DNA from: Rhizodiscina lignyota
Lineage: Eukaryota
DNA length: 64,000 nt
Assembly (NCBI GenBank): GCA_010015805.1
Contig: ML978122.1
Coordinates: 1,274,453 to 1,338,452, forward strand
Direction: 5' to 3'
Shown here: positions 50,025-60,573 of the stretch, piece by piece
Position numbering within the stretch: position 1 is the stretch's first letter
Layout: every line of letters starts with the position of its first letter
Notes under the pieces: model-generated
Databases searched by the model: none
What the model was told of the DNA's origin: nothing
The model's input: only the letters and a program-made list of their open reading frames with translations
Position numbers and translations under genes: made by a program

Positions 50025-51772
50025 ATGGAAGCCCGGGGCCGTATCCCACCAACCCTACCCCGCCAGAATCCTACCGTATCTTATTGGCACGATCCACTCG
50101 CGTCAATTGCGAATCTTCGGAGTACAGAAGAACTTCCTCAGCATGCGGACTATGTGATTGTCGGTAGTGGGGTTAGCGGAGTATGCATTGCATGGAATAT
50201 CTTAGAAAGAGAAAAGGGTGCGAAGGTTGTGATGCTTGAAGCGAGGACGGCCGTTGGAGGCGCTACGGGCAGAAATGGTGAGAATTTCACAATGCATCTA
50301 ATATTTCCTTTTCAAATCCAGAGAGATTTGTATCACTTGAGATAGTTGTTATTTTGTTCCAGTCAAAGTTCCGTTATATTCCATGTCATCAAGTCGATTT
50401 CCCCTTATCAGCGTCTACAGAATCGCTCTCTAGTCGTCCCTCTAGGCCATCAGTTTCGGTCATTTTATATCCTTTTAAAGATCATTTTCTGCTATCATCA
50501 TATTCACTATTTCTCCCCAAAATTCCAATATTGATAAATATACTAGGCGGCCACACAAAAGCAGCCTCCTACCGCAGCTACATCAACCACGCCACCGCCC
50601 ACGGCACCACCGAAGCAATCCGCATCGCCCACCTCGAAGCCGCCAACATCGCCGCGACCCACGCCTTCGCCAAGTCGCACTCCATCCCGTGCGAGTCCCG
50701 CCCCTGCGAGACCGTCGACGTCATCTACGATGCCGCGTCGTACGCGGCCGGCGTGCAGGCCATCGGGCGCATGCAAGCCGACATGGGACCGCACGACCCG
50801 AGCGCGCAGTACAAGACGTACGATGCCGAGAGCGCGAGGAAGACGTTCCTGACGCCGGGGGAGGATGTGCAGGGAGCGTTTGCTTATCCTGCGGGCAGTC
50901 TTAGCTCGTATAAGTTTGCGATTGGGATTCTGAATCTGTGTCTGGCGAGGGGTTTGAATTTGCAGACGATGACGCCGGTGACGGGTATCAGAGGCGCTAC
51001 GCCGAGTAGTGGTGTGAATGGTCGGTGGACAGCTGCGACTCCGCGTGGATCGATCTCTACGCCCAAGCTCATCCTCGCGACGAATGGGTATACCGCACAC
51101 CTGCTTCCCTCTCTTCTTGGCTCCATCGTGCCCTACCGCGGACAGGTCATTGCTTCTGCTCCCTCGCGCACGCTCGAATCTATCGTACCGTCCGGTCTAC
51201 CGACGACCTACTCCTTCATTTACGCCAGTGGCTACGAGTACATGATCCCGAGGCCTCACCACAGCACGTCCAAAGAGGTGCCGGCAGACTGCCAGGGCGA
51301 CATTGTCATCGGCGGCGGTACAGCGCGACTGCCGGGCGAAGGAGTCAGCGAGTTTGGGAACACTGACGACACCGTGATCAATGAGCTGAACAGCCCGTAT
51401 CTGCGCCAGACGCTGCCGTCGTACTTTGGTGAGAACTGGGGCGATGCTAAAGCTACGCCAGTTAAGAAGGAATGGACGGGTATTATGGGTGCAACGAAAG
51501 ATGGTCTGCCATTTGTGGGTGGGTGGCCGGGCGCTGAGGGACTGTGGGTTAGTGCTGGGTTTAATGGACATGGCATGGTGCTTTGCTTGAAGTGTGCGGA
51601 GGCGCTGGTGGGCATGGTATTTGGTGAGAAAGTTGAGGGCGGATCGTTGGATTGGTTCCCGAGGAGTTTCCTACTTTCGAGTGAGAGGGTTGAGAATGGG
51701 ACGTTTGAAGGGAGAGTTGGTATGAGGGCTGTATCGAAGGAGGAAGAGGGTAAATTCCAGGCCAAACTGTGA
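50025..51772 (+). CDS. FAD-dependent oxidoreductase (DAO/PuuB-like), PTS1 -AKL; intron 50278-50546
   Basis: VIVGSGVSG, LEAR..GGATGRNG|GH, ILATNGYT, WTGIMG.T.DGLPFVG, AGFNGHGM. Confidence 0.92.
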
Positions 51773-51972
51773 TATTTAGCAGGCAGCTATTCGTCGTCTT
51801 TGGGAGAGATCTGGGACGAGGGGTTGGTTCAGGATCAGAATGATCTAGTATTTGGGAATCTAGACTCCATGCTCCTGCCGAATGTGCAAAATGACTTGAA
51901 GCGCCGATGTAGCCTCATCGACATGCATTTGAGTTTGAACCTGCAAGCTACCACCTCACGCTTTCCATGCCT

Positions 51973-52741
51973 CTAGTCCTCGATAATGTTGCCCCTCTCC
52001 GAGACGTACAGACCGTCCAAGAACTGCAATTGTGTCAGCAAATGAAGAGCATCCCATGCCATGAATCCACATACCTTTCGAATATCCTTGTTCCGCACCC
52101 GGCATATCTGCTGAATATCCGCAGCGCTCTGTGACACATTCTCCAACGAGTTGCCCGTCAACTGAATCTCGTCCTTCTGGTTCTTCGACGTCTCGACATC
52201 GACACCCTCGTGCATGGTGACCCTGCGCACAATCTTCTCGCCAATGAAGTTACGGATCTCGACCTCGAACAGGCCCGTCTCCTTGTTCTTGTCGATGTTG
52301 ACGTTGATGGGGAAATGGGCGTAGACGTATCGCATCTTGTACTTGAAGCCCTTTGTCACGCCGATGATCAGGTTGTTGATGAGGGTGCGGACAGTGCGCA
52401 GTGTCGCGACGTTCTTGCGCGTGCCATGGTGCAGCTCGATGTTGATGATGTTCTTCTCGTTCTGAGGGACGGAGAAGGAGACGGCCAAATGACCGAGATT
52501 CTTGGTGAGCTTGCCTACAGGAACGATATTAGATTCCCTTCGGTCGCTTTCTACAATTGAATTTATCGGGGAGAAAGAATTACCTCTTGGTCCTTCAACG
52601 GTCACAATTCTCGTCTTGATGTGGACCTTGACTATATAGTGCGCGTTAGCCAGCTGCTTCGTGCGTCCAAAACAGTTGCTGGAAGGGTATCGTACCCCCA
52701 TCCGGGATGTTCAGCGTCTCCTGCGAATGAATGTACTTCAT
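51973..52741 (-). CDS. RPL9: 60S ribosomal protein L9 (uL6), 4 exons
   Basis: [62 protein letters not shown]. Confidence 0.97.
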
Positions 52742-53207
52742 CTTGGAGAGGCTGCGGAGAGATTGATGTTGGGTTTGGTGCTGCTGTCGTCGAAGTTTCT
52801 TGGTGCGGCGCCAAATTCGTAGTGGGAGCGGATCTATCGGTGGTTTTATTTTTCCGACCCGAGGCCCTCAAGACTCCATGCCAAGCTCGGTTGGACTCCT
52901 TAGACTCTACTATCTATCTCGAGCAACAAAGGAACGTCCGAGTCCTCTGCGCACATGAGTTCTCAGTGTTTGCAAGTTTAATAGTCACTCCTTTTTCTGT
53001 TCAAGCACTGCTATTTGATAACAACCTCTCCTGGCCGTGTAGGCCACTCGGGCACTCTCCACTCCTGATGCTTATAATCTGGCTTGTCCAGGCGTTCGAC
53101 TTTTGGCAGTTTTCATCCTTGAACATGAGATGCTTATAATCTGTTTTGTCCAGCGATTCAAGCTATGGGAATAAATTTGACCGCCTCTTGTACTTCGCAA
53201 TCTGGAG

Positions 53208-54689
53208 ATGACGATTGGCGCGTTGCGTGTCCCGTTGCAATGGCGTATGCAACATACGACGCACATCTTCAACGTCACGCTTGTTCGCCATGCCTCTAGC
53301 AATTCTTTAGACCCGTCCTCAACTGTAAGATGGTCTCCGAATGAACCTTCTGATCAATCCGCCATAGATACAGGGTTAGCTCGTTCTACATCGTCTAATG
53401 GGTCTTTCAATCCTGCAAAAAGGCTTACTTCCAAATCGCTGAATGGCTTTCCTGGTAGAGGTAGAGGTTCGGCACCAGCCTCTACTGAGCGCAATAATCC
53501 GAGCAACAGAGGGGTTACCCGCTCACGTTCTCTCCTCTCGGAAGGATTAGCTGGTCGAAAGAATGCACACCTTACCCTCGATAGCGACCGAAGGGGCACA
53601 TCTGCAGCGAACCTTTTTGGGACGCAGCGTCTATCGAATGACCATGTCCGGAGTGTCAAAAGCACGAATTCGTACGGGAGCGGCTCCACACAAGGATGAA
53701 AATCTCAATGGAGAGCAACCATGCGGCAGAGAGTCAATCAAATCCAATACAGAACGGTGGATAACTGGCCAGAATTACTTCTCTTATGGGACAGACCTCC
53801 GAGTTCGACAAATCTTACCTCCCCTGCAAAAGTCCGTGCGGTTCAGAGAGTACTTTATCATGCTACCAGCATCACCTATGAGTTCCGCGCATTGAATCGG
53901 AGCTATAAATCAATATTGGCATGTCTTGCGTCATTTAACCCGCGAACATCTAGCTTGGTAAGAGGAGGGGCAGCAAAGCAGGTCATGGCCTACTTTAGGG
54001 AGATGTCGAGCAACCTAGCGAGTTTCACCGCTCTGGTCGAGACACACTTTTTGTCTGCCATCTGCCCCCAGTCCGCAATTCCGACTGAAGAAATAGCACA
54101 ATACGGATTCCGAGATCTGTTCACTCATCTTCTTACGACCCGAGTTCTACTGGAGCGAAAAGAGTTCGAGAATCTGAGATGTTCCTACCCAGATGTTTTC
54201 TCGATCCAGCACCTTGACAGCCGAATAGAACTCTTCGTGGCTTGTAAATTTCCAATTCTTGCTCTCGCACAAGAAAGGACCTTTAAGACTAGACCCAGAT
54301 CCTTCGTCTTCAGTTGGTTATGGATGGTGTTGAGAAAACAATCTTCGCAAGCGGACAAAACAGCCCATCTCGTGTCGATGTTTGGCCGAAAAGTAGCTTT
54401 GGACCTAGAAACACTCCAAAAACTTTCATCATTTTCTCAACAGCTCATGGATTGGGCAAGGAGTTGGGGAAGATCCATAATCCTCGCTCGACCGGTCTTA
54501 CTTGTGCGAAACGAGGACATGGACGAAGATGAGCTGCATAGGCGAGTACTTTTCGTCCGTCAAATTCGCAGAGAGCAGCGCCTGTGGCGGTTGAAGAGGA
54601 TTAACGAAATTCACTTCAAGCAGGATAATCCTTCTGGATTATCACTGGAGCTCGAAGATGATGAGCTAGTCGACGAGCGCAATGAGTGA
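53208..54689 (+). CDS. Hypothetical gene (or pseudogene) split by a single in-frame TGA at 53697-53699
   Basis: Two ORFs (163 aa and 322 aa) in the same frame, 21 nt apart; no recognisable domain. Confidence 0.5.
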
Positions 54690-54982
54690 GTCGAGGGTCA
54701 CCAGCTTTTGTTCACCACAGGTTGAACATAAGAGAAGCAATCAACACTAAGAATAAACATTTGGGTATCTATGAAGCAGCTGCCTTACAGCCAACATCTT
54801 ACACTCAATCCGTCCATGCCGGCCTAATCGTACCAATTTTTCCACACGCCGATGGAGAACTTGCGCAGAACGGTATTTTCGAGCAGTATCGAAGACCTGA
54901 ATTACGATACCATAGTCAAACAATAGGTTTCAGCTCAATCAAAAGATGAATCAATCCTCCTGACCCTCGACCCAAGCACATC

Positions 54983-55943
54983 TCACCTCTTCACCCTCCG
55001 TCTCTTGACTTCGTCTCCTGTCGCAACCTTCTCCACCAAACTCGCTTCCATGATCCTCTTGCCGCCCATCGTCTTCACCGTGTCGGTCAGCGTGCCCTGG
55101 TCATGCAGTGCCTGGACGTCGTCGCCACCACCAATGCTCTTCCCGTTGATCAGCACGTTCGGCACGGTCCTGCGCCCCGTGCTTGTTGCCAATGCGGCTT
55201 GCAGCTCAGGGCCTAGAGGATGCTCGTCTAGCTCCACGACATATGGTGCGGGGGTGATCTTGTAATCCTCGAGGAGGATGCGCTTGGCCTTTTTCGAGTA
55301 TGGGCAGTATGTTTTGGAGAAGATAATTACTGTGCGGCCATGTTAATTGGTTTCTTGAGCTGTCTCTAGAATTCAGGTAATAATATCGCCGGATAAGGTG
55401 GAAAGGAAGGATGGGCATACTCGGACTCCGCTTCAATATCGAGTTGAGCTCCTCTTCCACTTTATGCTCCTCTTGCGTCTCAGCCGTCTGCTCCTTTCCC
55501 TTCACCGGCACCTGATCCTTTGCTGCCGGCGCAAGCGCATGATCCTCCGCATCCTCCGCAGCGTACGGGTACATCCCATCTTCCTCCTCGTCGTCGAACA
55601 CCACTCCCTTCCGTCCTGCACCGCTCTTCTCATCCGGGATCTCCTCCATCCCCAGCGCCGCACGATGCTCATCGCCTTTCTTATCTGCCGCCGCCTTCGC
55701 CTGCTCCTCCGCCTCCCTCAGCCGTGCGGCAACGTTCGCGTCGCTGCCGACCGCCTCGCCTGCTGTGCCCGCGCCCGCGACATTGGTGTCGTCTTGTTGT
55801 GAGAGTGCATCCTGCGTGCGCTGGTAGAACTCTGATTGCTGTGTCGAGCGCGCGGAGGAAGTGAGGTAGAGGACTGTCAGGACGATGAGCACGACGATGG
55901 TTAGGAGGGGCTTGAAGCGGCGTGTGCGGAGAGGGGTGGGCAT
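54983..55943 (-). CDS. Monothiol glutaredoxin with N-terminal signal anchor (Grx6/7-like); one intron
   Basis: Hydrophobic LLTIVVLIVLTVLYL; IFSKTYCPYS, TGRRTVPNVLINGKSIGGGDD. Confidence 0.92.
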
Positions 55944-56888
55944 GATCGATCGATTGAGCGCGGGGGCCGCGCTATAGTGGTTTGAGATGTGTGCGGAAGA
56001 GGGTAATGCGAAATCTGTGATATCAGAAAGTCGCCCTGCTTATTCTCTTGCTAAAGAGCAATTGAAATCCTCGAGTCTCCCGGAGCAAAAGCGGAGGTGG
56101 ATTTCAATGGGAGGGCACGCGCATGGGTGCTGCGGGAGTAAGGGGCGTCAAATGCAGTGCGATTATCGGACGAACGATAAGCGATGATACGCGAGCTCTC
56201 CAACGTGAGAATTATCGACGGAATGAAAGAGAGCAAGACGAGAGAATTTATGGCTCCGCGAGCCTGAAAAGGAGTCGAGATCAAGACGGGTCGCGCTCCC
56301 TTCCGCCCGCTCAGCAAATGCAGGAGCAGCTGATAGCGGAGCTGTACGAAGGTGCATCCCTGCAAGCCATGGTGCGCTAGTCCGGAAGAGGAACTACTAA
56401 ATATCTTCCGGACGTGATCCTTCACGCGTCTTCCACGCGACCACCACGATCTTCGCGAATACGAACTTTTGCGCTGCATCTCTCGATTTGAAAGTCATCA
56501 ATTTCCTTGCAGCCGCTGTTGATTCATGGCTGCTTCGCTTCATTGATCGCTGATTCAGAAAGACTCGGCAATTAGGTTGCTTGCAGGAATACATACACGT
56601 GTGTGTCTTGCAAACAACAAGGACTGCACACCTAGGACACCTACTTGTCTTGACATCTCGCAATCTTCAAGGCTCCTCAACCTGAAGTGACGCAAAATTA
56701 AGAGCACCAGATTCATGTGCTGCTATCAGTTTTTACTTTGACGGTATATAACGCTCCTCCCCTGCTTCCAGTCTCTTCAGCCGTTAGGCAACCATCCTCC
56801 ATTCCTTTACGTAGAATAGTGTCATTACTCCTTCGGCCACACAAGACTATCAAGAATTCCGACACATCGTGGACTATCTCTGCCACTG

Positions 56889-57710
56889 ATGGCCTCCAAA
56901 CGCACTGCACCTGATACCTCAAACAATCGCTCGATGAAGCAAACCAAGCTCAACTTTGGGGGACCACCGAAGTCCACTGCTCCTCCTCGCCACCACTCAC
57001 CGGAAGCAGAGAAAATGGACCAAACCGAAGTCAAACCCAACGGTCCTCCGGAAGATGCATCCCCAGAAAACACGGACCCACTACAGGAAGAGGACACCGT
57101 CGATATGGAATCAGACATCGCAAAGGGCATGAAACCGAAGCCACCGCGACCATCCTCCCAGAACCAAACTCCTGCAGATCCAGCAAATCCACCCACTGAA
57201 AACTCGAAGGGCTTCACTGTAATCGACAAAGTCGGCGACCTCTTCGCTGCCCCGCCAAACTCCGTCTTGATCCACGCATGCAACTGCCTCGGAAGCTGGG
57301 CCGCCGGCATCGCCGCCCAATTCAAAAAGAACTACCCCACCGCATACAAGGCGTACGTTGACCATTGCAAGTCCCTTAGGCCGAACCAGCTCATTGGTAC
57401 CGCGCTGCTGCTCCCACCCGCGCCGGGAGAGAAGCACTGGGTGGGCTGTGTGTTCACCAGCAAACGCTTCGGAAGGGCCAAGGATAGCCCCGAAATGATT
57501 CTGGCCGCGACGAAGACGGCGATGGAAGATCTGTTGAAGCAGATTGGAAAGGCGAAGAGGGAGGGTAAGGAGGTTGCTGAGGTTAGGACGTGCCACATCA
57601 ACGCTGGGTTGTTCAATGTGCCTTGGCCGAAGAGCAAGAAGGCTATTGAGGAGCTGGAGATCGATGATGCGGATGTACCTCGAGAGATCATGGCAGTAGC
57701 ACTAGGCTGA
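56889..57710 (+). CDS. POA1: Macrodomain protein, Poa1/TARG1-like ADP-ribose-1''-phosphate phosphatase
   Basis: GDLFAAP..VLIHACNCLGSWAAGIAAQFKK.YP, WVGCVFTS, INAGLFNVPW. Confidence 0.82.
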   Translation: MASKRTAPDTSNNRSMKQTKLNFGGPPKSTAPPRHHSPEAEKMDQTEVKPNGPPEDASPENTDPLQEEDTVDMESDIAKGMKPKPPRPSSQNQTPADPANPPTENSKGFTVIDKVGDLFAAPPNSVLIHACNCLGSWAAGIAAQFKKNYPTAYKAYVDHCKSLRPNQLIGTALLLPPAPGEKHWVGCVFTSKRFGRAKDSPEMILAATKTAMEDLLKQIGKAKREGKEVAEVRTCHINAGLFNVPWPKSKKAIEELEIDDADVPREIMAVALG

Positions 57711-57925
57711 GACAGGATATGCTGGAACCATTTGGTTCAAGTCACAGGCGTGTGAGCAAAATGGAGTATCATGGTGTTATGGCTAGCCTTTCTTCTCTTC
57801 AATGAGAAGTCTGAATCGGCGTTAAAAGAAATATACTTAGAGTGCATATCTGCATATGAAACGAAATTTCCTCACGACACTTTTTTCACTTTCAAGCCCT
57901 TCCATTAACGCAAACTTGCTCAAAC

Positions 57926-59432
57926 TCAGAGCGTCGCTTTCACAGCAGCGACCTCCTCGTCCTTCGGCAGGATATCCGGCACCGGACCCAACGGCGTGAT
58001 GCTCTTTAAACTCGTCAGTAAATCTTCACCAACCCAAAGATAGCACCTAACAAGATAAGACTTACAAAAGGATTAATCTGCTTATGACTCTTCGTATAGT
58101 GCTTCTTGATGTGCTCAAACTGCGTCGTGTCATGGAACGCGGGCACGTCCCAGTACAGCTTGCGCACCCAGCGGTGGATGGCCGGGTAGCCTGAGCGAAT
58201 GTCTCGCAGGTTCGTCTTGAAGTGCTGCACGTACACGGCGTCGAAGCGTATGATGGTGGTGTAGAGGCGCACATCGGCCTCTGTGATGCGGTCGCCGTGG
58301 TAATATGGGCCGGGAGTAGATGAGAGGTGCTGCTCGATGCGGTCAAGTGAGGTGAAGAGTGTTGTCACGGCCTTTTCGTAGGCTTCTTGTGTCCTGTACG
58401 CTTCATGTCAGTTCCACTCTGACTACGGGATGAGATTGTCGGAGGTAGGGTGTACTAACGTCGCAAAGCCGGACCTGTACACCCCATTGTTCACATCATT
58501 ATAAGTCCACTCATTCGTGCTCTCAATCTCCTTCCTCAGCTCTTCCGGAAACAAATCCAGCTTCTTATACTCCTCGGGGAGCAGCCCGTCAAACTCGTAA
58601 TACAGCATGCGGATAATCTCGCTGCTCTCGTTGTTCACAATCTTCCGCGCCTTCTTGTCGTACAGCGTCGGCACCGTGAACCGGCCCGCATACTCGGGGT
58701 TCTGCTCGAAGTAGAGCTGGCGTATGTGCGTGAAGCCCTCGTGCAGCGGATCTGGCGTCACGTTCTCGCCAGGGACGTCCTCGTCAGCAGTCGCGAAGCG
58801 CCATCCTTTCTCCAGCATGTGCCAGTGCACGCTGGTGAAGGAGATGATGTTCTCGAGGCCCTTCAGCTTGCGCACGATGAGCGTGCGGTGCGCCCATGGG
58901 CATGCGTACGAGACGTAGAGGTGGTAGCGGCCCGCCTCTGCGGGGAACTCTGCGCCGGGCTTGGAGGAGATGAAGTTGCGGAAGCTGGAGGCCTGGCGTT
59001 TGAATTCGCCGCTCTTGTCGCCGGGGGCGACCCAGTTGAGGATGTTCTTGGTTGTGTCCTGGCGGCGGAGGTTAGATTGGGGTCTATTCTGCTGGAAACT
59101 GGACATGATAAAAAATAATAATCCTGTAGCAATCAATTGACAGTAGAAAGGGTGCAGGAGGAAGATTGTAAAGAATTAATATCCATTCAATAACAATGAG
59201 ATGAACGAAAACTGGGACTCACTGCCATGGTGCTCATCGCTTGTGTACCAGATGCCGTAGTTCCTAACTGACTATATTGCTGAAAGTGTCCTACTAATGC
59301 CCTCGTACGTGCCAGCACAGCGTTCATATATCCCCAATCCTGCCGAGTACCAGCTAGGAAGACGGGCAAAACAATTGCGGCGATGACGACACTCAAGCTG
59401 ATTCCAACTACCGCACGAATGTTCAATGGCAT
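57926..59432 (-). CDS. ECM4: Glutathionyl-hydroquinone reductase / omega-like GST (Ecm4-like), 4 exons; start codon uncertain (59432 or ~59228-59237)
   Basis: GEFKR..FR, GRYHLYVSYACPWAHR, RFTVP.LYD, NNESSEIIRM, NNGVY.SGFA, ITEADVRL..RFD, HIKKHYT.SH..INP..ITPLGP. Confidence 0.93.
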
Positions 59433-60573
59433 TCACAGGGTCGACCTTGCTCCGGAACCGCTCAATCCAACCTTTTCGTATAGGTATCAGGCCGAATTAA
59501 CAATCTCCCCTCGTGTAGAGCTGTAAAGCATCGACAGGTACGAGGGATCATACTTAAATCACTGCCGCTCAAAGCAAGGGTAGCTTACCTAACGCCCGCT
59601 CCATTTGACGTGAGTTTGCGGGGCATCTCTCATTCGCTGCCACGAAAGCTTGAAAGGCGTACTCATCGCTGGGCCGCAGCGTTGTGCTCTTTCCGCAGCT
59701 CCAAGCGCTGACATACTCATGACAAACGGACGACAAATGCAGCGGCCACCCTTCACATTCGGTAGCCCGGCTCACGGCTCCGAACGGTCCTGCTCGGCGC
59801 CCATGGCACGAGGGATTGCATAAGCTTGATACTCGGGGGTCGGGATAGAGCAAAACGTGTCTCTTGTGGTCGACGAAGATTGAATTTACAGCTCAACACA
59901 AATAGTCGTGATGTTCGAGATACCGGTGGAGTCGGGATGGAGCCTTAGTGCTCAGAGCTGGTAAAGACCGAGATACATACAGAGTGATGAAACGCAATTA
60001 CCAGAAATATAGAGAACCAATATTCCATTCTAGTAGTAGATAACGTTCGGTCCGAACCAGATTAACTGAGATCGAATGACTACAGTCATAACAAAGCTTG
60101 CTCAAGCATTTTGTCAACCTCACCATTCTAACCTCCTTCAGAAGGAATTAATCATTCACTAGGATCGAAAGAACCGGACTTAGCAACGGTATATTTCATT
60201 GGCCGTTAGTTCTGGAAGATACCCTCATACAACAGCGTCTAAGTCAAACAACCAGAGAGCAAAGCCCCGTAGGGCAGCAAAGCTACTGCATCCCGAACGC
60301 AATAAAATCAAAAAGCCAAAGATCCGCAATAACGCCCGCTAAAACGCAGCAAAGACCCACTCAGCCCCATCAAAGACCAGAGAGCAGCCCCAAACGTAGT
60401 CGTACATCCTCCTGCACGGAGCCACCACTTGTCGGTCCATCACGTATCTTCCCAAAGCATTGTGTCGTTGAAGCCCTATCCCGATCCCATCCCAGTCCCA
60501 GTAGTTGTACATCCCAAAAGAGTCCGGAATCATAACGTCATTAAGTCTTCCTCAGTTCATTTCTTACTGTCCC

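Noticed and set aside
59450..60330. Intergenic stretch examined for RNase P/MRP, telomerase RNA or snRNA
   Set aside because: No diagnostic conserved motifs recognised by eye; an Rfam scan would be needed
60339..60533. Short minus ORF MIPDSFGMYNYWDWDG.. resembling a fungal hypothetical-protein motif
   Set aside because: Only 64 aa, in the probable 3' UTR of the FNIP-like gene; resemblance too weak without a search
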